Assembly: GCA_963729625.1 (NCBI GenBank)
Contig: CAVSOU010000011.1
Span: forward strand, 32,001 to 96,000
Reading direction: 5' to 3'
DNA: 64,000 nt
Origin: an uncultured bacterium
GTDB lineage: Bacteria; Chloroflexota; UBA5177; JANWHV01
In this document: piece after piece, positions 31,188 through 42,410 of the stretch
Position numbering within the stretch: the stretch's first letter is position 1
How the letters are laid out: each line of letters starts with the position of its first letter
Position numbers and translations under genes: made by a program
Notes under the pieces: generated by a model
Told to the model about the DNA's origin: nothing
What the model saw: only the letters and a program-made list of their open reading frames with translations
Database searches by the model: none

Positions 31188-31700
31188 CTACGATCCCCAG
31201 CTCACGTTTGGCTTGACGGTCGAGGCGCTGCCGATAACGGTGAGAATGGGCTGGTTGCTCATTCCTGCCACCTGGACTTGCGTGCTGCCGAGCCAGGCAT
31301 TGCCGGATTCGTGGACGGTCACCGGCACACTGCCACCCGTCGTGGTGACCGTGGTGATGGTTGACACAGTCTGGTCCGTGCGGTCGGCGGTGTAGGAGTA
31401 CGTTTCTTTCCCCTGCAGCGCGCCGCCGGTAGCGACATATGTCGTCACCACGGTGCCCACGGGGCCGTGGACAGCATAAGAGATACTCTGAACTTGCGTG
31501 CTGCTTGCGCTCACGTCGACGCCCACATTGATCTGCGAGGTCGCGCCCGCTCCTGAGGCGTCCGCGATCCAGATGATCGGTCCGGCGCGACTTCCTACGG
31601 CGGCGCGCACTTCCGGCGCGTGTGCCCAGCCGCCGGCCAGAACTCCGGCTAGCACCGTCACGCCCATCAGGGCACGAACCCCACGTACAACCTTCGTCAT
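31188..31700 (-). CDS. Secreted Thr/Val/Ser-rich hypothetical protein (170 aa) ending in NVSWGS
   Basis: AGGGAG RBS, MTKVVRGVRALMGVTVLAGVLAGGWAHA signal-like peptide, beta-strand-like composition. Confidence 0.75.
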   Translation of the reverse strand: MTKVVRGVRALMGVTVLAGVLAGGWAHAPEVRAAVGSRAGPIIWIADASGAGATSQINVGVDVSASSTQVQSISYAVHGPVGTVVTTYVATGGALQGKETYSYTADRTDQTVSTITTVTTTGGSVPVTVHESGNAWLGSTQVQVAGMSNQPILTVIGSASTVKPNVSWGS

Positions 31701-32425
31701 AGTTTTCTCCCTTTGTATGGCGATGCCAACCCGTCGAACGCTGCCGCACACGCGTGCCCATCGGCGGCCGGTCACACTCGCTATCGTATGAGAAAGACGC
31801 GGCCTGCGCATCACCTGTGTAGGCATCACTCCATCAGGTACTGGTTCTGGCTTTATGGCACTGTTTGCTTCCATTTCGCCCCAAGAGGTCGTTGCCGAGC
31901 ATGCATTGGCCCCAGCCCATCCGAGCCGGGACGACACTTGTGCCTTACCGGAGGCGATCGCCTGATTGAGGCCTGGTCATAACGTTGAGGACATGGCTGT
32001 GTCGTGGGTCAGGCAGCAAGGACGGAAGATATCAAGCCCACGCTGAGGTCGCGCTCGACGCGATGGTGCTGGCAGACAGTGAGCTGGTAGAGCAGCACAG
32101 CGGTCAAGGCGAGGCGGTTGCCATATCGCGCCGGCGATGATGCACTTCTGCGGCAGGAGCGCCTTCACGGCCGCGACAGCCGTATCCCAACTCGCGTCCA
32201 GGCCCTCTTGGCCGCCCCAGCCGTACATCCGAAACCTGACCGCAACTGATCGCGACCCCGGCGTTGCCGTACGAAAGCGATAGGCGAGGCCGATTGCAGC
32301 AGCCCCAGCAGCACGGATTTCTGGCATGATGAATCCGGCTACCGTCTGCCTGGCCGACAGAGAGTCCGAGCCGAATGATTCGCAAGTCTCTGCGTGATCC
32401 AGTGCGAAAAAGGATGTGAGTTAGG

Positions 32426-34501
32426 GTGTTGACGAGGTTGCTGATGCTCCCGGCCGGTCGCCGGGCGAAATGGATTGTGCTGGCGCTCTGGCTTCTCCCG
32501 CTCATCGCCTTGGGAAGCTACGCCGGGAAGTTCAACAACGCGCAGAAGAACGACCCAAGCAACTTCACGCCCAAAGGCGCTGAATCGACGCAGGTCGATG
32601 ACCTGCAGCGGACTGAATTCCCGGGCGGGAAACAGGCTTCGGCGATCGTAGTCTTCCATCGCGCTTCGGGACTGACGACTCAAGACATGGCCCGGTTTCG
32701 TGCCGATCTCGCCTACTTCAGCGGCCCGAAGCGTCCGGCAGTCGCCTTGCCCCCTGTTCCTGGTAGTGTGTCCGCGGACGGCAAGGTCGTCACGTTCACC
32801 ATGTCGATCGCCAGCAATGACGCTCTGGAAATCCAGAGGACCGTAGACGATATCCGGCTCTACCTTGGAAAAGGCACGAATGGTCTTGATATCCGCCTGA
32901 CCGGTCCCGCCGGCATCCTGGTAGATGCGGTGAAAGTCTTCGGCTCGATAAGCGGCGTTGTGTTGGCTGCCACGCTCGTGCTGGTGTTGGTGTTGCTCCT
33001 TCTCATCTACCGTTCCCCGATTATCGCGTTCATCCCGCTCTTCACCGTCGGCGCTGCCTACAGTATCGCGGCGGCGATTCTCTACTTTATGGCGACTGAT
33101 GCGGGCCTCACCGTCAACGGCCAGTCAGGCGGTATTCTCCCTGTTCTGATGTTTGGCGCCGGCACCGACTACGCGCTCCTGCTTATCGCGCGCTACCGTG
33201 AAGAGCTCTGTAAGCATCAGGATCGCCATGAAGCCATGGCGGTTGCCCTTCGGGGGGTCAGCCCGGCAATTCTCTCGAGCGGGACCACGGTTGTCGCCGC
33301 TATGCTCGTGCTCCTGCTGGCCACGCTCCGGTCCACCCAGAATCTGGGGCCGGTGCTGGCTATCGGCGTTGGCGCGGCACTGCTTGCAGGGCTCACACTG
33401 CTGCCTGCGGTCCTGCAAGTTGTTGGACGCAGGGCCTTCTGGCCTTTCGTGCCACGGCAGGCTGACGTGCCGGCACATGAACGGGGCATCTGGAACGCGG
33501 TGGGACGGGTTGTGGCGAGGCGACCTGGATTGGTCTCCACCGTCGCGATCGTCATGTTGCTGGGTCTGGCCTTCGGCGCAACCTCAGTGCGTGAGAATCT
33601 GAATCTGATCAATGGCTTCGTCGGATCGACGCAAAGCGCGGAAGGCTTTCAGTATTTGCAGGCGTCGGAGCCGGCCGGGGTGCTGTCCCCGACGAACATC
33701 GTGGTGCGTCCCGCGTCCGCCCTGCCGGCGGTGCTGCGTGCGGCGCATGCCGTGCCCGGCGTCGTGCCCGCTGCGTTCCCCTCCCTCAATGGTAGAGATG
33801 GCTATGTGCAAGCATCGGTGATCTTCAAGGACGATCCGTACGGTGCGGCGGCACTCGATCGTCTCGTCGCGCTCCGGCACGCTGTTCATGCCGCCGCCCC
33901 GGCGGGCGCGACTGTCCTGGTGGGCGGTGAAACCGCAATCACGCGGGACACGCAAGACGCGGCGAACAATGATATACACGTCATCGCGCCGGTCATCCTG
34001 ATCGTGATTCTGACGATCCTGTGCCTGCTGCTGCGTGCCGTGATTGCTCCCTTGTACCTTATTGCTACGGTAGTGCTGTCGTTCTTCGCCAGCTTTGGCA
34101 TAAGCGTGTACTGCTTCAACCACTTCTTCCACTTTGAGGGTATCGACGCGGGATTCCCCACCCTGCTGTTCTTGTTTCTCGTCGCGCTCGGCGTCGACTA
34201 CAACATCTTCCTGGTCACCAGGATTCGAGAGGAGTCGGCGCGCTTCGGCACCCGTGAGGGCGCCGTGCGCGGACTTGCGGCGACAGGCGGCATCATCACG
34301 TCTGCCGGACTGATACTGGCGGGCACGTTTGCCGTCTTGATATCGCTGCCCCTCAAGCAGCTCGTGGAGTTTGGTTTTGCAGTGGCGCTCGGAGTGCTGC
34401 TCGACACAGTCCTGGTGCGCGCCATTCTCGTTCCGGCGCTCGTGCTGAAAGTTGGTAGCGTGAGCTGGTGGCCCAGCGCGCTGCATCGAGCGACGTCTTA
34501 A
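32426..34501 (+). CDS. MMPL family (RND) transporter
   Basis: LTGPAG, FGAGTDY, RYREEL, VGGETA, LGVDYNIFL, RIREE. Confidence 0.95.
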   Translation: MLTRLLMLPAGRRAKWIVLALWLLPLIALGSYAGKFNNAQKNDPSNFTPKGAESTQVDDLQRTEFPGGKQASAIVVFHRASGLTTQDMARFRADLAYFSGPKRPAVALPPVPGSVSADGKVVTFTMSIASNDALEIQRTVDDIRLYLGKGTNGLDIRLTGPAGILVDAVKVFGSISGVVLAATLVLVLVLLLLIYRSPIIAFIPLFTVGAAYSIAAAILYFMATDAGLTVNGQSGGILPVLMFGAGTDYALLLIARYREELCKHQDRHEAMAVALRGVSPAILSSGTTVVAAMLVLLLATLRSTQNLGPVLAIGVGAALLAGLTLLPAVLQVVGRRAFWPFVPRQADVPAHERGIWNAVGRVVARRPGLVSTVAIVMLLGLAFGATSVRENLNLINGFVGSTQSAEGFQYLQASEPAGVLSPTNIVVRPASALPAVLRAAHAVPGVVPAAFPSLNGRDGYVQASVIFKDDPYGAAALDRLVALRHAVHAAAPAGATVLVGGETAITRDTQDAANNDIHVIAPVILIVILTILCLLLRAVIAPLYLIATVVLSFFASFGISVYCFNHFFHFEGIDAGFPTLLFLFLVALGVDYNIFLVTRIREESARFGTREGAVRGLAATGGIITSAGLILAGTFAVLISLPLKQLVEFGFAVALGVLLDTVLVRAILVPALVLKVGSVSWWPSALHRATS

Positions 34502-34852
34502 GAAGCGTGACCGCTTCCTTCCGGTTAACCCTGGAAACATGGCGACCGCCTGCACGTTGGGCGCCTGCGGCCTGTGGCCTGATGGCTTTGCCGGCTGGGG
34601 CGCTTTGATGCCCGCGCAGCAGCGGAAGGGCTGGCGTATCGACCGCGGCGTGACAACAGGCAGAGAGCGAAAGGCAATAAGTGGTGAAGCACAGGATGGT
34701 CCAGACGTCGTTGGCATCGCTATCCTGAAAGCGTGGTGGACTCTGCAATGGATCTGGTGGAAAGCATGGTCACCACGGCGGTTGCGTTCGCTCTCGACGA
34801 TCCTCGTGCATGAGGGCGCTGCATGGAGTGATGCTCTCAAGGAGATTGATGC

Positions 34853-36859
34853 ATGATGCCGGATCTGGACAAGCAGGCCGCGGTGTCCCTGGCTCGCCTG
34901 ACAAGGCGCTTCTCTGTGCGGTTCGCGCCCGCCGCGAACACGGCCGCCTGGCAGGCCTTTGCCGCGCGACTCGATCGTCATTTCGCCTCGCTCTTCCAGC
35001 CGCTCCTCGATCTGTATGGCAGCCGCTATGACTTCTTCTATCACCTGGAAGAGATCCTCGCGGCAGCGGCCGAGTCGTGGCTCGCGCGGCCCCCGGAGCT
35101 TCAGAATCTGGACGCCGCGCGCGAGAAGGACCCCGACTGGTTCCAGGCACAGGAGATGATGGGCGCGGTCTGCTACGTCGACCTGTTCGCCGGCACTCTC
35201 GACGGTCTGGCGAGCAAGATTCCCTATCTGCGCGAGCTCGGTATCACGTACCTGCACCTGATGCCGCTATTTCGGTCACCCGACGGGAATAGCGACGGGG
35301 GCTACGCGGTCAGCAGCTATCGAGAGGTCAATCCGGAGATCGGCACGATGGCGGACCTGGAGCGCCTCGCCGCCGCTCTCCGCGCGAACGGGATCAGCCT
35401 GGTGCTCGATTTCATCTTCAATCACACCTCCGATGAGCACGACTGGGCTGTGCGGGCACTTGCTGGCGACGAGGACTACCAGGACTACTACTATATGTTC
35501 GCCGATCGCTCGGTGCCGGATGCCTATCAGCGTCACCTGCGCGACATATTCCCGGACCAACGGGCAGGCAGCTTCACCTACCGTCCCGAGATAGATAAGT
35601 GGGTGTGGACCACATTTCATAGCTTCCAATGGGACTTGAATTACGCCAATCCCGCCGTCTTCCGGCGCATGGGCGAGGAGATGCTGTTCCTTGCCAACCA
35701 CGGCGCGGAGGTGCTGCGGCTGGACGCCGTCGCCTTCGCCTGGAAGGAGATGGGTACGCCCTGTGAGAGCCTGCCGCAGGTTCACACGCTGGTGCGGGCC
35801 TTCAATGCGTTAGCGCGCATTGCCGCGCCCTGTCTGCTGTTCAAGTCCGAGGCCATAGTTCACCCGGACGAAGTCGCGCGCTACATCACGCCACAACAAT
35901 GCCAGATTTCCTACAATCCACTCCTGATGGCCCTGTTATGGGAGTCGCTTGCCACCCGTGAAGTGCGGTTGCTGCAACTGTCGATGCAGGAGCGTTTCCA
36001 GATAGACCCCGGTTGCGCCTGGGTCAATTACGTGCGATCGCACGACGACATCGGCTGGACCTTCGCCGATACGGATGCCTGGCGATTGGGTATCGACAGC
36101 GTGGGCCATCGTCGATTCCTCAACGATTTCTACACCGGCCGCTACCCCGGCAGCTTTGCAAAAGGGCTTCCGTTCCAGGAAAACCCGCGTACGGGAGATG
36201 CCCGTATCTCGGGTACCTGCGCGTCTCTCGCCGGACTTGAGCGCGCGGTCGAGCAGGGGAGCCCGGATCAGGTTGACCTGGCGGTACGCCGCATACTGCT
36301 GCTGTACGGCGTGGTGCTGTCCGTCGGCGGCATTCCATTGCTGTATCTGGGCGATGAACTGGGCACGCTCAACGATGGCGCCTATGCCGACGATCCGGCA
36401 AAGCGTGAAGACAGCCGCTGGATCCACCGATCCAGGTTCAACGAGCAGGCTGCCCTTCGCAGGCACGACGCGAAGACTGTCGAAGGGCGTATCTTCCAGG
36501 GGCTCGCGCGCCTCATCGACATGCGCAAACGGACACGCGCGCTGGCGGGCGGCCGCATGGAGATTGTCTACATCGGCAACGGCAGCGTCATGACCTATGT
36601 GCGGCAATGCGGCCCGGATCGGCTGCTGGTGCTCGCAAACTTCTCGGAGTATGACCAGCCGATCGACGCTGGGGCGGTGCGCTGGCACGGGCACGCCTCA
36701 AGCTTCACCGATCTCGTCGGCGGGTGCGCGGTGTCTCCGGCCGACAAGATTGTTCTTGCTCCCTACAGCCTGCAATGGTTGGCGCCGATACCTGAACCCA
36801 GGGACGGTCCGGCGGACGCCGGCGAGCAAGATAAGAACGCTCACGGTACGTACTCGTGA
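34853..36859 (+). CDS. Amylosucrase-like GH13 glycosidase
   Basis: [49 protein letters not shown]. Confidence 0.92.
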   Translation: MMPDLDKQAAVSLARLTRRFSVRFAPAANTAAWQAFAARLDRHFASLFQPLLDLYGSRYDFFYHLEEILAAAAESWLARPPELQNLDAAREKDPDWFQAQEMMGAVCYVDLFAGTLDGLASKIPYLRELGITYLHLMPLFRSPDGNSDGGYAVSSYREVNPEIGTMADLERLAAALRANGISLVLDFIFNHTSDEHDWAVRALAGDEDYQDYYYMFADRSVPDAYQRHLRDIFPDQRAGSFTYRPEIDKWVWTTFHSFQWDLNYANPAVFRRMGEEMLFLANHGAEVLRLDAVAFAWKEMGTPCESLPQVHTLVRAFNALARIAAPCLLFKSEAIVHPDEVARYITPQQCQISYNPLLMALLWESLATREVRLLQLSMQERFQIDPGCAWVNYVRSHDDIGWTFADTDAWRLGIDSVGHRRFLNDFYTGRYPGSFAKGLPFQENPRTGDARISGTCASLAGLERAVEQGSPDQVDLAVRRILLLYGVVLSVGGIPLLYLGDELGTLNDGAYADDPAKREDSRWIHRSRFNEQAALRRHDAKTVEGRIFQGLARLIDMRKRTRALAGGRMEIVYIGNGSVMTYVRQCGPDRLLVLANFSEYDQPIDAGAVRWHGHASSFTDLVGGCAVSPADKIVLAPYSLQWLAPIPEPRDGPADAGEQDKNAHGTYS

Positions 36860-37167
36860 GTGGTGCTGTACGTAGCTCCGATTGGAGAAATGCCCCCGAC
36901 GTCCGTAGCATTCGCCTCCAGCCTGGTGCGTAGCACATCGCAGCGGGTCGCGGATCAGGCCACCCACTCTCACGAGATGAGCGGCGCGCCGGCCGCGGAC
37001 GGATGTGGCGACCGGCTTTCCATCCGACCGCTCGTCGCACCAAGCACGCTGCCGCGCAATGGTACCTTGTACTTGGGATCGCCTGGAGCTCGCGCCAACC
37101 GCGTGGCGTCGCACGTGGTTGAGTGAAGCGCTGAGCAGCGCGACAGAGATCAAGAGGGGGAGCATCG

Positions 37168-39664
37168 ATGAAAGCAGTGGTGATGGCTGGTGGGGAGGGC
37201 TCACGCCTGCGTCCCCTTACGGTGCGTCGACCAAAGCCGATGGTGCCGATCGTCAATCGCCCCGTGATGGAGCACATCCTCCTGTTGCTCAAGCGGCACG
37301 GCATCACCGAGGTAGTGCTCACGGTGCAGTACCTGGCGCGCATCATACAGGATTACTTCGGCGACGGTTCAGCGCTGGGCATGCGCCTGCACTACAGCGT
37401 CGAGGATGTCCCCCTCGGCACGGCCGGCTCGGTCAAACTGGCCGAGCATCTGCTGGATGAGACCTTCCTTGTGATCAGCGGCGATGCGCTGACCGACTTC
37501 GACCTGACCAAGATCGTCGAGTACCATCGTGCCAAACACGCAGTAGCCACGTTGACCCTCAAGTCCGTGCCGGACCCTCTCGAGTATGGCGTGGTGGTCA
37601 CGGACGCCACAGGACACATCCAGCGCTTCCTGGAGAAGCCATCCTGGAGCGAGGTGATCAGCGACACCATCAACACGGGTATCTACGTGCTCGAGCCCGA
37701 GGTGCTGCAGCGCTGTCCCACCGGCCAGTCGTTCGACTTCGGTCAGGATGTGTTCCCGGCGTTGCTGGCCGACGGCAAGCCGATCTACGGTTGCGTCATG
37801 GAGACGGGCTACTGGACCGACGTGGGCACCATTCAGGAGTACTCTCGAGCCTGCTTCGATGTGCTGGAAGGAAAAGTGCAGGTCGAGCTGCCCGAGCAGA
37901 GCGAGCGGCCCGGCATCTGGTGCGGCCCGGGCGTGGAGATCGCCGCGAACGCCCGGCTGACAGGCCCCGGTCTTTCTCGGCCACGACGTGCAAATTGGAC
38001 CGGGTAGCGTGATCGAGGGACCGGCGGTGATCGGCGACAACTCCATCGTGGCGGCGCACGCCGACGTAGCACGGAGCATCGTCGGACGGAGCTGCTACGT
38101 CGGGGATCGTGCCGAGATGCGCGGGGCCATCGTCGGTGAGCATTGCAGCCTCAAGACCAACACCGTGCTGTTCGAGGGTGCAGTCGTGGGCGACGGCAGC
38201 ACCGTGGAGGATGGCGCCATCATCCATGCCAACATCAAGATCTGGCCTGACAAGCAGATCGAGGCGGGGGCTTCGGTCAAGAGCTCCATCGTCTGGGGCC
38301 GCCAGGGTCAGCGCATGCTCTTCCGCCGTCATACGGTTTCGGGACTGATCAACGTCGACATGACACCGGAGTTTGCCGCCAAGATTGGCGCGGCATACGG
38401 CGCCACGCTGCCGCTGGGTAGCACGGTGGTCATCAACCGTGACCTCTATCGCATCTCGCGCATGATCAAACGGGCCATCATCTCCGGCCTGCCGTCGGCC
38501 GGCATCAATGTTGCTGATTGTTCGTCCTTGCCGCTGCCGGTAGTGCGGTACTACCTGCGCACCAGTAAGGAGCTGAGCGGTGGAGTCCATGTGCGGCTCA
38601 ATCCGCTCGACGGCCGACTGGTGGAGGCGCGCCTCCTCGATAGGAACGGCCAGGACATGGGAAAGAACACCGAGCGCAAGATCGAGGCGCTGTTCTTCCG
38701 TGAGGACTTCCGGCGTGCCAAGCCGGAGGACATCGGCTCGATGATGGACGCGCCGGAGGCCCGGTCGCGGTACAGCGCCGCGTTCCTGGAGCAAGTAGAC
38801 CATGCGCGTTTGGAGCAGGCGCATTTCCGCATCGTGCTGGATTGCTGCCACGGACCGGCCGCAGAGGTGCTGCCCGCGCTGCTTGAGCGACTGGGATGCG
38901 AGGTGCTGGGGATCAACACCACGGTGCAGGACAACCTGCCGGGTATGCCGGCAGGCGAGAGCCTGCAGGAGAACTTGCGGCGCGTCGGCGCCATTACCGC
39001 GGCGTTAGGGATGGATCTGGGCGCGGTGATCGATCCGGGTGGCGAGATCCTGCTTGTCACGGACGAACAGGGCCACGCGATCCCGCCCATGGCAACCCTT
39101 GCGGTCATGGCGGCGCTGGCCTTCCAGGCGCAGGACGGAAGCGCCGTGGCAGTGCCGGTCACCGCGTCGACCGTGCTGGAGAAGATCGCGAGCGCCAAAG
39201 GCGGGCGTATCGTGCGCACAAAGGCCGATCCACAGGCACTGATCGCCACGCGCGAGTCGGTCAAGTTCGTTGGAGATGGCGACGGCGGCTTCAGCATCCC
39301 GCGATTCCAACCGGCCTTTGATGCGATGTTGGGCTTGGTCACGCTGCTGGAACTGCTGGCGGGCTCGGGCGCCACGCTGGCCAAGGCCGTGCGAGCTTTG
39401 CCGGCCTATTTCACGGATACGACGGACGTACCCTGTGCCTGGGAGCAGAAAGGCAAGGTGATGCGCGTGCTCAACGAGCACTACGGCAACAGCAAGACGG
39501 CCGCGATCGACGGTATCCGGGTCGATCTGGGCGAGGAGTGGGTATTGGTACTTCCCGACGCGGACCGCCCGCTCTTCCACATCGTGGCAGAAGGTCACAC
39601 GCAGCGATCCGCCAAATCGCTGGCGGAGAAATATGCCGCGATCGTCAATGGCCTGCAGCGCTAG
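37168..39664 (+). CDS. Mannose-1-phosphate guanylyltransferase / phosphomannomutase fusion (frameshift near 37975)
   Basis: [13 protein letters not shown]...PKPM, hexapeptide LbH repeats, then a phosphohexomutase-like domain. Confidence 0.9.
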
Positions 39665-39759
39665 CCAGTTGACTCATTCGAGCTCGGGGCGCTAAAAAGA
39701 CACAACCACGAAACCTACATGCAACACGTGTGGAGCGGGACGCTCTGATGCCCCGCGCT

Positions 39760-39850
39760 ACAGATGATTTTGAGTATATTCACCGCTGGACCCTATGGCT
39801 TGATGTGGTGGTCGCGGCGAGGACACTTGCGGTAATTGCCAAGGATAGCT
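39760..39850 (+). pseudogene. C-terminal remnant of a bacterial sugar (polyprenyl-phosphate glycosyl-1-P) transferase
   Basis: DDFEYIHRWTLWLDVVVAARTL resembles the DLxYIxxWSLxLD terminal motif; no upstream body. Confidence 0.5.
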
Positions 39851-39989
39851 ACGAAGCGGTATCTGGAACGAGGGTTCTGGGTGCGCGGTGTTGCGTACAC
39901 GAATATTACCACCAAATGCCCACACATTAGAACACCGCTGTGCCCCCGGGTCACGGTCTGAAAAAAGTCCCGCGCGGGCGAGAAGAAAC

Positions 39990-40577
39990 GAACTCTCCCC
40001 AATTGCGGATGCGTGGTGGCACATCCACTATGCGGTTGGCTTCGTGCTGATTCCCGTAGTTGCGCTAAAGCTGTCCAGTACGGGCTACAGGATGATGCGG
40101 TACTACTTGGGCGAACCGACGTACCGGGCTGCCGGACCGCCCGGACTGGTGCCCCGGCTTATCGCGCCACTGTTAGTCGTGTCCGTCGTTACCGCGCTAG
40201 CCACCGGCGTGGCGCTCTACTCCGAGCACAGCCGGAGGGGGCTGCTCAGTACGCTGCACACCGATGCCGCAGTGGCGAGCGCGCTGCTCCTCGGCGTTCA
40301 CCTGCTCACGTACGTCCCGGACGCGCTGGCGACTGTCGGGCGCGAACTGCGACAGCTGCCGCGAGTGCGCACGGCCTCTATCCGGCTGGCCGGCGTCGTG
40401 GCCGCGCTGGCCTTTGGGATCGTTCTGGCTACCGTCACGTACAGTGGCGGCGTGTGGCCGGCGCGGCCCCATAATCGCCGGCTCGGCGTCGGCGTCTCCC
40501 AGAGTGCGCCCGCTGACTCCGCCAGTCGAACCGGTCGGTGCAACGGAAATCGGGGTCTTCGTGCCCCAAGCGCCTGA
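39990..40577 (+). CDS. Hypothetical membrane protein with His in TM helices (cytochrome b-like?); 5' end unclear
   Basis: IHYAVGFVLIPVVALKLSSTGYR, GPP, LHTDAA, GVHLLTY; four hydrophobic segments. Confidence 0.55.
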   Translation, partial: ELSPIADAWWHIHYAVGFVLIPVVALKLSSTGYRMMRYYLGEPTYRAAGPPGLVPRLIAPLLVVSVVTALATGVALYSEHSRRGLLSTLHTDAAVASALLLGVHLLTYVPDALATVGRELRQLPRVRTASIRLAGVVAALAFGIVLATVTYSGGVWPARPHNRRLGVGVSQSAPADSASRTGRCNGNRGLRAPSA

Positions 40578-40903
40578 CGCTGCGTAGGGCGGCAAGGCCA
40601 CGCTGCCGACAGGCGCCCCGCGCGAGGCCCTGAAACTGGTGATGCTATTTCCCAGAGTGCATCTCTCGGTATCGTTGGGCGACCAGGGCTTTACCGGGTA
40701 GAGCGGCCACGCCGGAGTCTGACGTTCGGTAGCCATGCTGGTGCCTCCTCGAGCTACTGTACACCACGAGATCTATGCCGGGCGGACACGGATAGTGTGC
40801 ATGGCGAGAACCGCCCGGCACCGAAGCTTGTGCCGACCGGCGTTTGGTGGGAGTATTGAAGAGTGAGCACGTATAGAGCGGGCCATGATAGCTTCAGGTC
40901 CAG

Positions 40904-42162
40904 ATGAACAGCCGACCGCGTGATACTCCCGGTGGAATAGCGCTCATTGGGTCGGGTGAGCTGGCTGATGCGTCGGCGGAGACGCACCGCTCGGTGATGG
41001 CGCATGTGGGCGAGCCGATTCGACCGCTGTTTCTCGATACCCTGGCCGGCTTTGAGTCGAACATCGACGCCATCGACCGCAAGGCGTCCGAATACTTTAA
41101 CGCAACTTTGGCCTCGATCTGGCGCTCGCCCGATTCCGCACCGGGCGCGAGAGCGCGGACGAGGTGGCGGCGGCGGTCAGCGCGATCGGCCAGGCCAACT
41201 ATATCCTTGCCGGCCCGGGAAGTCCCAGCTACGGTGTGAGGGTGCTGCGTGACAGCCCGGTCTGGCAGGCCGTGACGGCACGATGGCGCGCCGGCGCGCT
41301 GATAGTGCTCGCGAGCGCGGCAGCAGTCATCGCCGGGTCTCGGGCCATTCCGGTGTACGAGATCTACAAGGCCGGCGTCGACCCGGCGTGGATCTCCGGG
41401 CTGGATCTGCTGGGTGCAATCGGACTTCGCGCCACAGTCGTGCCGCACTGGAATAACACGAGCGGCGACGGCTACGACACACGCTACTGCTATATGGGCG
41501 GTTCGCGGTTCGCCGTCCTCGAACGGGAACTGGACGCCGGCGAGATGGTACTCGGTCTCGACGAGTACAGTGGACTGTACATACGCCACGATCTGGCTGC
41601 CGACGTCCTGGGCGTCGGCCGGGTTACTATCCGCCTGGCCGGTCGGGAGGCGGTTTACGCTCGCGGCGACCACATTACTCTGGACAACCTTGTGCCGGGA
41701 AGCGTCGTAGCTTCATCCGGCACTGCGAACGGAGTCGAATTGGCGCCGGCGCAGGGCGCGCCCACGCACGACGCCGACATTCGCGCGCTGCGCGAACGAG
41801 TTGAGGATGCGCTGGCCCAGGGCAACGCCGGCACGGCGGTAGAGGGCCTTGCGGCGTTGAGCCTCGTGGCGGGCGCCAGCCTGGACCAATCGCTGCCCGG
41901 CCGGGCCGAGCTCGCGGTGCAGGCGCTTCAGGCGACACTGCCACGGCTTGCGCGCGCAGCTCGGGCGGTCGAGGCGCTCCGGCAGGAATCGCGCGTGCTG
42001 GTCGATGCCCTGGTTGACGCCCGACTCGCCCTTCGCAAGGACCATCAATTTGCAGCCGCGGATCAGCTGCGAGACACATTGTCCGAGCTTGGCTATGTCA
42101 TTGCAGATACACCGGACGGAACAACATGGTCGCGTCAGGACAACACACGCCGGCGTCTCTAG
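40904..42162 (+). CDS. Peptidase S51/cyanophycinase-like domain fused to a CysRS-like C-terminal helical domain (frameshift near 41120)
   Basis: IALIGSGE, AGPGSPSY, ASAAA, VVPHWNN, LGLDE; C-terminal RKDHQFAAADQLRDTLSELGYVIADTPDGTTW. Confidence 0.75.
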
Positions 42163-42239
42163 CGGAGGCCGCGGATTGTCGCCGGGTCGAGCGGAAGCCC
42201 CCTCTTGCGCTGCTTGGATTCTATGACTGATTGCATTCT

Positions 42240-42410
42240 GGGGGCGTGGACATCATGTCCGCCATCATCGGACGCCTGCGCGAAGGCTCGGCGCCTACAG
42301 CTGCGCCTGCGCCTTCGAGTCTTCTGACACGCGCACGCCGCCGTCGCGGCGGCCCTGGCTCGCGGCACGCTGCTCCCTCGAAACTGGGCGGACGACATGT
42401 CCAGGCCCCC
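42240..42410. other. About 170-bp element bounded by 24-bp imperfect inverted repeats
   Basis: 42240-42263 versus reverse complement of 42387-42410 match at 20/24; internal hairpins. Confidence 0.5.

Noticed and set aside
33584-35257. 557-aa minus-strand ORF
   Set aside because: Antisense shadow of the MMPL and GH13 genes.
41950-42162. cysS (cysteinyl-tRNA synthetase)
   Set aside because: Only the C-terminal domain resembles CysRS; no HIGH/KMSKS catalytic core.
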